DNA of 64,000 bases from Eledone cirrhosa (Eukaryota): positions 172,980,001 to 173,044,000 of the forward strand of contig OZ024742.1 of assembly GCA_964016885.1 (NCBI GenBank). The letters run 5' to 3'. Every line of letters starts with the position of its first letter. Positions within the stretch are counted from its first letter, which is position 1. Shown here piece after piece: positions 40,733-54,280 of the stretch. The notes under the pieces were generated by a model that saw only the letters and a list, made by a program, of their open reading frames with translations, was not told where the DNA came from and searched no databases. The translations under genes were made by a program, and so were the position numbers.

Positions 40733-43619
40733 AAAGTTAAACATTCAATGAATAAATCAAAGAATGAGTTTTACAATAGATTGGAAGCACTCAACAGTTA
40801 TGGTTTTCCAGAATTATTAATATGAATTCAAAATTTTAACAAAATAGATATTCTTGTGATCAAGTATATTTTATTATACATATTTCAGAGGTAGTGAGTT
40901 ACCTTCAACAGTACGTCCTCATCAGATAAAACAATATGATGCATGACATAGCCTGACATTGTAGATGGTTAAGATTCAGTCATGGTATTGAGTAATATAT
41001 GACAAAACTCAATATATATATAGCTTAATATTGAGAACATGAGAAAAATATATAATACACACAATAGAGAGGGTGTGTGTGAGGCAGCTTAAAAAAAAAA
41101 CTTGGCATCAATATAACTGTTAAAAAAATTTAAATTACTGAATAAAGAGGAAAAAAATGAAAGTATAGATGCAGAAACAGCTGATGGGATGATATAGTTA
41201 GTAGGGGCCTCGAAAACAAAAAAAGAGTTGATTACACAGAGAGAGACAAAGAGGAATAACTTATGTTCAAGTTTTTAGACAATTATCCATATATACAATA
41301 TATATCTAAACTTATTTGGTTGACCGTTAATATTCAAAATATTTCATTTAAGTTAGCTCAGAGTAATGAATAATATTTTAAGTTTTAAAAGTTAATAGAC
41401 ATATGTATTAATATTAAAGTATACTATCAAATTTAATTTCTAAAATCAAATTTTATTAAATCAAATTTAAATGATTTACAAACACGAGAAAGAAAACATA
41501 ATTTTTTTACAACCTCACGAAGGTAAACATTACTAAAATTTTTTATAATATTGACAACAGTTTATATAATATAATTTAGAAAATAATTACAGCTATAATT
41601 TTAAAAGAATGTATGATTAACAATTTGAGTGTCTAAAGGATCAACAGGCCTTATAATTAAACTTAAACGCGTCTGGATTTTAAATTACATATATGTGTTT
41701 AACAAAAGAAAAATACACAAAGATTATATTGTCTAAAGACTTAAGATGATACCTTTCAAATATAGATAACATACAATATAGTAAATAAGTTACTGAAAAC
41801 ATTGTTAAAAATTAATATTTTAGATCAATTATTGTAAAAAGGATCATTTAATAGATATATACTATAAGTATATGAGTCAAATCTACATGATTCCTAAGGA
41901 TAAGGGCTAAATACAAAATAAAAAGTGAAAAAATAATGAATTGTTTGCGAAACATAAAAATGTCCAATATTAAAAATATAGTTTAAAATGCAAGAAGGTT
42001 CTAATATATAGTAGACAAAAGATACTTCTAAAATGTCCAACGAATGTGATAGAAAGAGGAGCTAAAGATTTGAAAAACCCGAAGGTAATCTAAATTTAAA
42101 TTTAATTAAAATAAAGTAAATTAAATTAAATTAAGTAATAATCATTATATAATTTCGAACATCAGGGGAATATATAACACTTATAACAATAGAGAGTCAT
42201 TTGAGTATCTAAATTACTTATAAATGTAACTGCGAGCATGTTACACTAGATAAACAAATTTGTACAACTATATATAGAGAGTATTATAGGTATTATGGAA
42301 ACGATATACATATAATAAATAGATAATTACAATCATTATTAATAATGCTAAAATTGTAGTTTTCCCACCAGTTCAGGGGAAAAAGAGACCAATATTTGTC
42401 GACTAGTATGGTTTGTTAAATTTATATCTAGATATATATGAAAAAATATATATGTGCAAATCTAACTTTCTGAGTCCCAAAACATACCCAAAATGAGTAA
42501 AATATATAAATGCATGAATGATCTACGGTTCAATTATGACCGGTAATCTTACAAGTTAAATATCCAAATTATATATTTTAAACAGAGACAAGTATATAAA
42601 GATCCGAATCTAAATTATAAATATATAAAATAATCCAAAGGTGTGCATATTTTTCAAGAGAACAAGTTAACAAATAATATGTTTATATACCTAAACAAGA
42701 TCCTTCATTCTAACATTAATTCTATCATAAATGATTAGAAAATAAAGTATTATTAAATTGTATGAACTGTTATAGCGTTTTAGGTCCAACAGTTGATAAA
42801 AGCCGTCAAAACGTAAAACCCATTTGTTTAGTGTTTTCTCCTGACTTTTTGCGAGCCTTGGAATGTAGACAAAGCTTCTAATAGGCAGTTTGAGAATAAT
42901 TCACTTTTTTTGTTAATTAAGTTTTCATAATTAGTAATTATTAATAGGGCCTCCTTTGTGCAGAGGTTGCAGTTAGATTCTACTATTACAAAGCTTCGTC
43001 CAAAACATCGAGTATTTTAATTGTTTGTCTTTTAATGACCATATAAGTTGTGATTAAGAAGTCGAAGACTTCCTATTAAAATTCGAAAACGATCATTTGT
43101 GATTCGCACATCTCGATTTAAATTTCGAAGAAGTTGCTCCAATGTAGTTGTATGTGTTGTTATTTGTTTTTACGGTGCATTTATACACCAAATTTCTATC
43201 CAGACAATTATTTTGCAGAGGGCAATCTGGTTTATTTCTACAATTACATTTCGATTTATTATTGTTTATATTACCACTATTATTAACATCATTATGTTGA
43301 TTTTGGTTTAGAATTCTACCATTTAGTTTAGCGATGTTTTGGGCCATATTCATAGTTGTAGAATAAGAAAGCTTAATTGTGGGTCTATTAAATATGGCAC
43401 GCCATTTATGTTGACTAGGGAAAGAATTATCTAAAGCCCTCAAGAATAGATTAGCTAGTGGTGTTCTTACTGCTACAGAAGCAGGGGGGGGGATATAACT
43501 GATTTAGTTCTGGTTCTTTTCCACAATTTATTCACAGTACAGGTGTTTCAATTATAATTTTTAGAATTTCGTTTATACATGCCAGAGATTTTATTATTAT
43601 TTTTATCAGGATTATAAAG

Positions 43620-43812
43620 TAGGGCGGTGGATTGGCAGTATCGGTAGAGGGTCGGACGCCATGCTTTCCAGCATAGTTACGTCCCTTTACGATCTGAGTT
43701 CAAATCCCGCCGAGGTTGACTTTGCCTTTCATCCTTACGGGGTCGATAAAATAAAGTACCAGTAATGCACTGGGTATTTGCTGGCCTTGTACCTAAAGTA
43801 GAAACACTTATT
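43620..43812 (+). mobile_element. tRNA-derived SINE nested in a PLE, ~17-bp TSD
   Basis: TSD ttatttttatcaggatta occurs on both sides. Confidence 0.92.
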
Positions 43813-44378
43813 TTTATCAGGATTAAGATTCGAATTATTATTGTTTATATATTCTATACTATTTTTATAACCTGCCTTTCTTAGCGCATCATTATAATTA
43901 CATGATCTTTCATCAACAATGGATTTATTGGCAGATATTCTAGTTATGCCTTTCTGTACACTATTGACAATTGCATTTTTCACAGATTTAGAGTGATAAT
44001 TAACGTAATTTAAGTTTTCATTGTGCTTATGGAAAGGAAAATAAAAACCAGAGTTTAAGGGTAACCTCAAGGAAATTAACTATTTTGCTACCACATCTAA
44101 TTTAAGGTCGTAATTTTTAAAGAATTCAATTATATTTTTCTTTACGTTATTTAGTTCTGTATTGCTGCGTTTAACAACCGTAAACAAAATATCGTCCCTA
44201 TATAAACCACCGGTAATCTCCGGCAGTTTTCGATTTATCATATTTAAGATGAAAACCCCAGAAGATCCGTGACTTGCGCTGAGTGCGATGATCCCAGGGT
44301 AATGTCGAAGTTTCTATTTCTATCTGAGCGGGTCCAAAACTCATTGTTGAAATTAATTAGAGTTTTTCTAGCAGTTAA

Positions 44379-44600
44379 TATGATAAATATATTATATAAA
44401 TATGATATATATATTATATAAATATGATATATATATTATATAAATATGATATATATATTATATAAATATGATATATATATTATATAAATATGATATATAT
44501 ATTATATAAATATGATATATATATTATATAAATATGATATATATATTATATAAATATGATATATATATTATATAAATATGATATATATATATTATATAAA
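44379..44600. repeat. 22-bp minisatellite, ~10 copies, at the PLE inversion junction
   Basis: Unit tatgatatatatattatataaa. Confidence 0.92.
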
Positions 44601-45224
44601 CTGTTGTTAATATTATAAATAATGTTGGTAAAGTTTACCTACGTGAAGTTGTAAAAACATTATGTTTTCTTTCTTGTGTTTGTAAATACTATAAATTTGA
44701 TTTCATAAAATTTGATTTTAGAAATTAAAGTTGATAGTATACTTTAATATTAATACAGATACCTGTTAACTTTTAAAACTTAAAATATTATTCATTACTC
44801 TGAACTAACTTAAATTAAATATTTTGAATATTAACTGTCAACCAAATAAGTTTAGATATATATTGTATATATGGATAATTGTCTAAAAACTTGAACATAA
44901 GTTATTCCTCTTTGTCTCTCTCTCTGTAATCAACTCTCTTTTTTAGAGGCCCCTACTAACTATATTATCCCATCAGCTGTTTCTTCATTTATACTTTCCT
45001 TTCTTTCCCCTTTCTTCAGTAATTAAAATTTGTTTAACAGTTATATTGATGCCAAGTATTTTTTAATCTGTCTCACACGCACCCTCTATATTGTGTGTAT
45101 TATATATTTTTCTCATGTTCTCAATAATAAGGTATATACATATTGAGTTTTGTCATATATTACTCAATACCATGACTGAATCTTAATCATCTACTATGTC
45201 AGGGTATGGCATGCATCATCTTAA

Positions 45225-45285
45225 TTTATCTGATGAGGACGTACTGTTGAAGGTAACTCAGTACCTCTGAAATATGTATAATAAA
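45225..45285 (+). ncRNA. Type I hammerhead ribozyme
   Basis: UUUAU-CUGAUGA-GGAC-GUACUG..CAGUAC-CUCU-GAAA-UAUGUA-UA-AUAAA. Confidence 0.75.
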
Positions 45286-45328
45286 ATATACTTGATCACA
45301 AGAATATCTATTTTGTTAATATTTTGAA

Positions 45329-45361
<33 letters not shown>

Positions 45362-45365
<4 letters not shown>

Positions 45366-46205
45366 GAAAAAAAATGAAATTTCATTGCTCACTCCTAGTA
45401 CGGCTGATGCTTAAATATAAGTATGTTTACGTACATACATATATGTATACATGTGTACAGTAGTATGTATATACATGCACACATATATGTATGTACGTAT
45501 GGGTTTACGGAACGTTTATTATAATGTTCGGTTTGTTTGTAAATAAACAGCCCGAATTAAGCCGTAGAGTGTTCGGCATCCATCATTGCCCTTTGGCTCA
45601 AACACTGACCAAGGAACGATGAACTAGTTTCTAGCTTATTAGCTGTCATCAGCACCGGATACCTTCCTGTCAGTCCATTGAACTTTTGAAAGTATATACT
45701 TTCCTCATGCATATTAACGGCGGAGCAGCCTAATTTGCACATCGAGTGGCCTAGTCGGCCGGGCGTACCGAAACCGATACACTCTTAGTACGGATAATAC
45801 TTAAATATAAGTAGGTATACGAACATACATATATGTATACAGACGGACAGTATTACGATGAACTAATTTCTAGCTTATTAGCTGTCATCTGCACCGAATA
45901 TCTTCCTGTCAATCGATTGAACCGTTGGAAAGTATATCCTTTCCTTATGCATATTAACGGCATATTAACAGCTGAGCAGCCTAATTTGCATATCGAGTGA
46001 ATTAGTTGGCCGCGCAACGATGGTTGCCGAAAAGTGTACGGCTTAATTCGAGCTGTTTGTTTACAAACAAACCGAATATTATATTACAATTTCGGTAAAC
46101 CCATACGTACAGATATATATATATGTGTGGATGTATATACAGTATGTATATACATACTACTGTACGTATGTATACGTATATGTATGTATATATACATACT
46201 TATAT
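45362..46205 (-). mobile_element. Family E non-coding element: ~390-bp partial tandem with two HHRs plus an inverted arm
   Basis: actc(c/t)tagtacgg occurs at 45391 and 45781. HHRs lie at 45617 and 45856. ~46013-46205 is the inverse of ~45415-45590. Confidence 0.8.
45617..45657 (-). ncRNA. Minimal type I hammerhead ribozyme
   Basis: CGGUG-CUGAUGA-C-AGCU(AAUA)AGCU-A-GAAA-CUAG-UU-CAUCG, with palindromic ACUAGU. Confidence 0.85.
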
Positions 46206-46248
46206 ACATATATATATATACACACACACGTATATGTGTACGTGTGTG

Positions 46249-46330
<82 letters not shown>

Positions 46331-47094
46331 GGAGGTGAGTTTTATTGTAGTACAATAAAGCAATGCAGATATCGGATAAGAAGCACTCTACAGTTTGTGG
46401 GACTGGAGTATGCATAATATAAGATCAAAAGATGGTTAAAGGAGTTCAATATATTTTATTATGCGCATTTCAAAAACAAACATCATCAAACAATAATAAT
46501 AATATTTGTGTTTTCATCAGATAAAACAGGAGAACATGATATGAAAGCTAAAAAAACACTTGTTGATAGTGCAGTTTTAAATCAACATATGAAAAGTGGT
46601 TTTAGATTGATGTGTGATATTGGGAAAAATATTTTATTTAGAGAGGGGGGGAGAAAAGGATGAAAAGGGAAGGAGATGAGAGGGAGAGATGGGTGATAGA
46701 GAGAAAGAGATAGTTTTTATAACTGAGAGGAGATATATTTTATATAGAGGGGTTGAAAACCGTTGGAAGATACTGTATAAATTAAAAATTTTGAAAATTA
46801 ACGAAGGGAGGATATGTGCGAGGAAAAAATATATTATATTTAGGGAGGGGGGGGGTTGATAAGGATGAAAAAAAGGGGAGGAGATGAGAGTGAAGGTGGA
46901 AAGGGAGAGATGGGTGATAGAGAGAAAGAGATAGTTTTTATAACTGAGAAAAATATATATTGTTTTAATATAGAGAGGTTGGGAAACGTTGGAAGATAAT
47001 GTATAAATTAAAGGAATTTGAAAATTAACGAAGGGAAATTATGTATGAAGATAGAGAGAAAAAAATAATAATTGTGGGTGAATATTCTAACGTC

Positions 47095-47780
47095 TAAAGA
47101 TATTAAATACTAAATCTCTTCCTTCCAATATTGAATTTCATAATAACAGTAATTGTACTCCTGACGTCATTGTAAACCCTAGGCTAACTTCTGTAAACCC
47201 AAATGCAACGTCAAACACAACTTCGCTAAATGTTCATAATCCAACTCTAAATCAAGAAACTATTATTCCTATTATTCCTATCGCAAACAACTTCTCCAAT
47301 CCAATTCCTTCTATAGATAACACTAGATCACTCATTAATAATCTCTCTAATTGCAACTGCCGCATTAAAAATAAATGTCCTCTCAACAACCATTGCCTCG
47401 ATAAAAACTTAATTTATGAATGTAAAATTATAACTAGCACCAATTCCTTCACCTACTTTGGCTCCACTTCCACCTCTTTTAAAGCTCGTCTCTATAATCA
47501 TCATTCATCTTTCAAATACAAACTTAAAAGAACTAACACTGCTCTCTCAGAACTCATATGGTCCTTAAAAGACAAAAACATTAAATATAACATCTTTTGG
47601 AAAAAGATTTCTTCTGCATCCTCATACTTGAACAGCTCTCTATCTAAAATCTGTAATCTCTGCCTAAATGAAAAATTTACCATTATCTCTAACCTAGAAT
47701 CCATAATAAATAGACGCTCAGATTTGTTTTCTATCTGCCTGCATAAATTCCATAGAACTTTTCACAAAGTATACAGTTAA
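47095..47780 (+). pseudogene. PLE GIY-YIG endonuclease domain; no start codon, so absent from the ORF track
   Basis: Manual translation of ~47340-47780 gives an uninterrupted frame to the TAA at 47778-47780. Confidence 0.88.
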
Positions 47781-48974
47781 TATTCAATTCTTTATCAATT
47801 TAGAATCTTTTCTCAAAGGCACATATACATACACCTCTTTAAAATATACCCATCTACCTTACTTTAAAGGGCATTATACACTCTATAATACTCGTTTACC
47901 CATTACCCTCATTCTATCTTCTCGTAAAACAATAACATTTGTTTTTGACATTTTGAATATTCATCCGCAATCATTATTATTTTTTCTCTCTATCATAAAT
48001 CTTTTTAATCTCAATTTCATCCTTAATTTATTATTATATTTTTTTTAATATATACTCATATATTCTTTAAAATATACCCATCTACCTTACTTTAAAGGGC
48101 ATTATACACTCTATAATACTCGTTTACTCATTACCCTCATTCTATCTTCTCGTAAAACAATAACATTTGTTTTTGACATTTTGAGTATTCATCCGCAATC
48201 ATTATTATTTTCTCTCTATCATAAATCTTTTTAATCTCAATTTCATCCTTAATTTATTATTATTTTTTTCTCCCCATCAACGAACTCATTATTAATACAT
48301 ATGAATTCAATATACAAACTTTAACTTCACATTATTTTTCTCAAATCCTTCTACACATAAACTTTTTTCTCTTTGCTAATTTTGAAATTCCTACATTTCT
48401 TCTTTTGACGTTAGAATATTCACCCACAATTATTATTTTTTTCTCTCTATCTTCATACATAATTTCCCTTCGTTAATTTTCAAATTCCTTTAATTTATAC
48501 ATTATCTTCCAACGGTTCCCAACCTCTCTATATTAAAACATTATATCTTTTTCTCAGTTATAAAAACTATCTCTTTCTCTCTATCACCCATCTCTCCCTT
48601 TCCACCTTCACTCTCATCTCCTCCCCTTTTTTTCATCCTTTCCACCCCCCCTCCCTAAATATAATATATTTTTTCCTCGCACATATCCTCCCTTCGTTAA
48701 TTTTCAAAATGTTTAATTTATACAGTATCTTCCAACGGTTTTCAACCCCTCTATATAAAATATATCTCCTCTCAGTTATAAAAACTATCTCTTTCTCTCT
48801 ATCACCCATCTCTCCCTCTCATCTCCTTCCTTTTTCATCCTTTTCTCCCCCCCCTCTCTAAATAAAATATTTTTCCCAATATCACACATCAATCTAAAAC
48901 CACTTTTTATATGTTGATTTAAAACTGCACTATCAACAAGTGTTTTTTTTTAGCCTTCATATCATGTTCTCCTG

Positions 48975-49047
48975 TTTTATCTGATGAAAACACAAATATT
49001 ATTATTATTGTTTGATGATGTTTGTTTTTGAAATGCGCATAATAAAA
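48975..49047 (+). ncRNA. Type I hammerhead ribozyme (mirror copy at 46454-46526, minus)
   Basis: UUUUAU-CUGAUGA-AAACACAAAUA..UGUUUGUUUUU-GAAA-UGCGCA-UA-AUAAAA. Confidence 0.85.
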
Positions 49048-49079
49048 TATATTGAACTCCTTTAACCATCTTTTGATCT

Positions 49080-49165
<86 letters not shown>

Positions 49166-49544
49166 GTACATATATATGTATGTATATTGAGTTAAGAACT
49201 CAGCGTAGTCCCTTGCAATTAAATAGCTCTAAGAAAAAATCTTTTCCGAGACGTACAATATAATTGAACAAACAAGAGAGATGAACACACATATAAACAT
49301 ACATGTGTTCGAATCGTAAGGACTAAAATTTGCTAGGGTGAAAACATACTAATTACAACAATACAAATTAAGAAATATTAAATTAAGAAAAATTAAGAAG
49401 AATAACAGTCCTATATTGGGCAAAGATGCCTGGTAACAACTAGACTGTGTTGGAGACTGTTTCGCACCGACTTATTTAGTGAAGTTCTCACGTTTCACTG
49501 CTCCTTAGTAGTTGTTGAGAAATGAGTGATCACTTCACTTCTAA

Positions 49545-52500
49545 AAATATATCAAATCAATACTAATGTTTGACTGGTACTTTGTTTCACTGGCCACACA
49601 AAAAAATTTACGATAAAAGCAGAGTAGTATGTATGAGATGAAAGAATGGTATTTAACTAATGTAATGGTACGCGATGGGGCCCACCCACAGCCCCGGCAG
49701 ACAGAATGGAGAAGGCGTTTCCCCGGCGGATGGCAAGGGAGATGCGCTGGAAAAGCCACTCCAACTCGCGGGGCTCACACCTGGGGCCGAGGACACCAGA
49801 AGTCTCCACTGCCAGGAGAACGTCCACAAACCTGTCAGATAGCGACCGGTATTTGAGGAGTTTGGCCCCCTCAGCCCGTCGTACAGCAGAACCTGGGTCA
49901 GTCCAAGTCTGCACCAGGTTGCGGCTGCAGAAAGTGTCGGTGCAAGTGGCATCCCAGACGAGGCGTTTGCCACCGCGGAACGGGAAGATGGTCATGCCAT
50001 CTGGCCTTTTGCCGTCCCCTCGATCCAGCCCCACCGGCTTGAGCTGGGAAGGGAAGCCTGCAGCGTCCAAGCCATGCTTAACGACCTCGTTGAGGGCAGT
50101 ATGGCGTGGAATGCGGCCGGCACTGCGGCGACAGGAAAGCGGGTGGAGGCCGAAAGAGTCCACGGTGGAACCCCAGCGACATCGGTGTGGCTAGCAGATC
50201 CGGAGGCCGAGCCTCAGGGAAACGCCGATTCGCAGGCTATGGTTGTCTAGCTGCGTACCAGTGGAGAAGGAGGACAGAGCATGGAGTCAGGCACCCCTGT
50301 GGGGTTTGGAGGCTGCACGAAAACAAGCAAGTCGGTGCTGGTCGAGCTGGCGCGTGAGCCTGTCTGAGCCCAGGCTGCACTGGATGGCATCCCAAGTGCG
50401 TTGGGGGGACTTGACGTCAACAGGGGAAGGTGGAGGAGGGACGTCTACTGGGTTAAGTTTTAGCCGGTTCCACGTCTCACAGGCGGCCTTACGTTCTCTG
50501 AACACGGAGGGTTCTCTTGTATTTTGAAGAAACCTGCTGACGAGGACGCGGCACGAGGTTACCGACGAAAGATACGCCGGCAAAGCTAGTGAGATCAGGG
50601 ACCGGAGGCCTTGGCCGCCTTACCTGACCGGTAATGTGGCCTGTTGCCACACTATGTCATCAAACTTGACGTTGCATATCCCCTCGGCTGCTGCTCGAAT
50701 ACAAGTATCGAGGTAAACGAGGAAAGATGTCTGGGTGTAGCATGGAGCGCTGCGGAGTGTATAGAGGAGCTTCGGCATGGCGAAGCAGTTCCTGCGCAGA
50801 AAGAGAGTTGGATGGCCGTCAATTAAGCCCGGTCGGCTTGTGAGAGTCTGGAGCTGTTGAAGCCTGGACCTGATGGTGGAGCGGATGGCTGGCGGGTGAT
50901 TCGGTGACCCGAGGATGAGGACATCCTCTTTGGGGGTCACCTGAACCTGGCGGCGAATGGACCTCCCGTCCAAGACGGAGGCCGCAAAGCTCACAGCATC
51001 GAAGCTGACGTTCACCACCTCCGACTGGCCGATTTGACCTGGAGACCGATTCCCGCCAGGGCAGGAATCATCGATTGAAGGTCTTGGCAGACCGTCCGTA
51101 CGAGCCCTCCCAACGTAGCATCATCCAGATACCAAACGTTGAGAGAGGCCGTGATACTCCGTCGATGTGGTCAATACCAAGGGCGAACAGGGAGGGTCCC
51201 AAAGGGTCGCCCTGTTGGAACCCAGTAGCCGAGGTTATGACCGTATCAACAGCTAGGAGCATGCTGGGGGCGCCATATGACAGGTAGGCCAGCGGGTAGG
51301 CAGAGGGGGCTCGGCTGAGGCAGGCCTCGAGCAGATGATCCCGGCGTAAAGAGTTAAATGCATTCCTCATGTCAAGCTTGACAATGAGATGCCTGGAGTC
51401 CCTGGATGCCGGTACCGATGGGCAGCTGCTGAAGAACTTTCTGATTGCATGAGAGGCTCCCTCCCAGCCACCGGACACGCCGTCACCCAGTTGCACCAGA
51501 CTAAACTCCTCACCCAGTTCGTGTGTGACGGACTTGCAGATCACCTTGGCAGCCAGCCTCCGGAAGACATTGCCCACAGCAATGGGGTGTATGCCTCCCT
51601 CTTTCTTCCTGAGAGCGGTGAGGCTGGCCGAAAAAAAGAGGCCTCGGGCGTAAGGGTCGAGGGTACCATGAATGAGCCTATCGGTGAGCGCCACAATTGC
51701 ACTCGGAAGGCGGCGCCCGGCCTCAGCGGAGAGGGGAGATGTCAAATCCTTAGGGTGGCCTGGTCGGAGACCATCAACATCTCCGCAGCTGCTAGCTGGG
51801 AAGGACTAGATGGCGAACATGATACCTGCATCAGAAGCCAAAAGGAGCAGATGGTGGTCGGGTGGGGGTATGGGTCTGAGATCAGTGGGTGGCTCAGTGT
51901 GTTTGAGCCGCAGAGCAGCCAGGATCTCCTCGGTGGGTTGGAGGACAGTGTCCTCTGAGGCAACAACTCTGACTGCGGCCGAGACATCACCCATGATAAG
52001 CTTTGCGTTTACCTGGTCACGCAAACGCTTGGCGCTGGCCTCGGGGGTGGAGGATAGGGGGTACCTGAGGTTAGGGTGTGTGGCGTTTCTGGGCACGCTT
52101 GGAATGGGCGCTCGTCCATTGACGAGACATTGGCCTTGACAAAGGCTGCTGTTGACCGGCCGCCCCAGTCAGCGCCAGAGCTGGGGAGGCCGAGGGCGAG
52201 TGGAGCGAAATAGAACATCCGCTCTCAGTCACTGGGTCGATTGGAGTCCAGGGCGCTCTCAATCGAGGAAGCGAGGGCATCAGCTACCGGCACCCGTGCC
52301 ACTCTCGGGATCCTGAGTGGGATCTTCCCGAGCCGCCTGAGCCGAGCGATGTTGACTAGCGAGGGTCGGGCGTCAGGTAAGCTCGCTGTCCCATCTGGTG
52401 GTGTGCCAGAAAGCCGTGGCTGGGAAGACGTGGGGAAGAGGCAGCTCCTGCACCTCCATGCTGCGTGGGCATTGGAAGCTCGATGAGTCAAGCCAACGCA

Positions 52501-52890
52501 GGTGATGTGGTGGAAGCAGCCGCACCCCAAACAGTTCCGGCCTCTCTTCTGTTTGTTAGTAGTGCCGCAAGAGCTGCAGGTGTCGATTTGGAGGGGTGGG
52601 GATGGGGTGTGGGGCCGGGCCTGGGGCACCGAGCGGCACCAGGGGTGGGTGGCTGGTGTGTGTGGTTGGAAGAGAAAGTGCTGGTAAGAGGGCAGCATAG
52701 CTCACCTATGTATATGGAGGTGCATAGAAAACGAGAGAGAAAATGGGCCGCATGGAGGGGGAGACACAGGAAGGAAGAATGGCAGAAAATGTATGAGTGA
52801 ATGGATGGATGTACACAAAAAGGGGTGGGGGACAAGGGGTCGTTCCCAGTGGAAAGACACAGAATGCAGCACGCACACATGTGAGCAACT
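49545..52890 (-). mobile_element. CRE-like non-LTR retrotransposon (PHD-type finger, RT, RLE), frameshifted
   Basis: IHPIAVGNVFRRL, KLDMRNAFNSL, QQGDPLGPSLF and YLDD (frameshifted). HPLSC..RH zinc knuckle, then KRPDG..WDATCTD..VETSG. It forms a GC-rich island. Confidence 0.88.
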
Positions 52891-53196
52891 GATCAGTTTG
52901 TCAAAGACGATATTCTCAATGGACGCGCTTACAATAATTGAATATAACTGAACCGTTGTGTCATTTAATTTGAAAAGTGGAGCAAAGTAAAAGGGAAATA
53001 GTGAATCTGGAGTGTCAATCCCTTGTGATTTTCTTTTTTTTTTCCCCTTCTTTTTTTTTTTTCCAATACCGGACTTACAGTTTTCCAGGATTTATACTCA
53101 TTTTTTTTTTTTTTCTTCCTTCAAAAGGATGGAGGCGTTTTATCTCCTCACGAAATTGACATTACTTAATGATGTTCGTCATCTATGGCTTATTCA

Positions 53197-53377
53197 TGGC
53201 AGTATCAGTAGAGGGTCGGACGCCATGCTTTCCAGCATAGTTACGTCCCTTTACGATCTGAGTTCAAATACCGCCGAGGTTGACTTTGCCTTTCATCCTT
53301 ACGGGGTCGATAAAATAAAGTACCAGTAATGCACTGGATAATTGCTGGGCTTCTGCCTAAAGTAGAAACAATTATTT
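53197..53377 (+). mobile_element. tRNA-derived SINE
   Basis: Same family as 13471. Confidence 0.9.
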
Positions 53378-53879
53378 CATAACTCTATAGAACTCTTAGA
53401 ATGTGTGTGCAGTGTTCTGTGTCCAACCAGGTTTGTACAAGAGGTAAGAAAAATGATGATTCGGTGACGGTTTCTTCTGATAGGAACCTCTTCCATGTCG
53501 GAAGATCGAAGTGTGTTTTCTTGTCTTCTTCAATACTTTCATAAACGGCTTCGGAGATTTAAAACTTATGTTTCAATTGGTGCTTCCATTTCCACACGGT
53601 TCTATTGTCTTATTTACAAAAATATATATTTCTATATATTTCTTTATTTATTTCTCTTCTTTTAGTATAATATTGCGAGTTGTCACCAGTGATGTTTGAA
53701 GTTCCTTGGAGCGCTGTTATACTGTTATGCTGTTATACTGCTGCTCGTCTGTACTGTGCGTGATGTACCCACAAGTATTTAAATATTAAATGTTTGTTTG
53801 TTCACCTGTTCTTCGTGTCGTGTCCCAGTTTCCGTACAGCATCGGTTTATATTGGACACATTCCTGTTTAGTGTTATCG

Positions 53880-54280
53880 TTGGAGCTTTTCTAGCTCATG
53901 GATGTTATCAAACATCTTGCTCGGGGTCTAACTTTGAGTGTCCTGCTGGTTGGTGTTTTCCAGTAAGATCTTCCCACCGTCATTCTTGAGACATCCTAAC
54001 CACATGCCCTTATTATTGGAGCTGTCATCTCTCAATTCGGAGAAGTAGCGGCTAGACCTGAAGTGATTCTCTGATTTCTGTAGTACGGACTCTATCGAGT
54101 AATCTTACTCCGAAGATCCTTTGGGTGAACTCCCATTGTGACTGATTGTGTTAGCGATCGTATACTTTCCGTCATTACCCAAGATTCATGACCAAAGGTA
54201 AGGGTTGGTAAGAATACCGAATTGACGAAAGACAGTTTGGCTTTTACGCCAAGCTAGCGTATTACTGCACCGGCTCTTGA
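53880..54280 (-). mobile_element. RTE-like LINE fragment
   Basis: Similar to 13260-13850 (ctcatggatgttatc, aattcggagaagt, gtcattacccaagattcatga). Confidence 0.55.

Larger units (their letters stand above)
40730..45334 (-). mobile_element. 5'-truncated PLE with long AT-rich 3' region and ~750-bp inverted arm
   Basis: RT and GIY-YIG remnants at 42850-44375 (LYRDDI, NFL, LVYKC..NYIGATSSKFKSR). 44590-45334 is the inverse of 40820-41570. HHRs lie at 40869-40931 (-) and 45225-45285 (+). Confidence 0.9.
46414..49086 (+). mobile_element. Young 5'-truncated PLE with ~680-bp near-identical inverted arms
   Basis: 46414-47094 is the inverse of 48407-49086. An open frame runs to 47780: CNCRIKNKCPL..LIYECK..TYFGSTSTSFKARLYNH..CNLCLNEK..ICLHK. 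There is an internal ~228-bp tandem duplication at 47837-48270. Confidence 0.92.
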
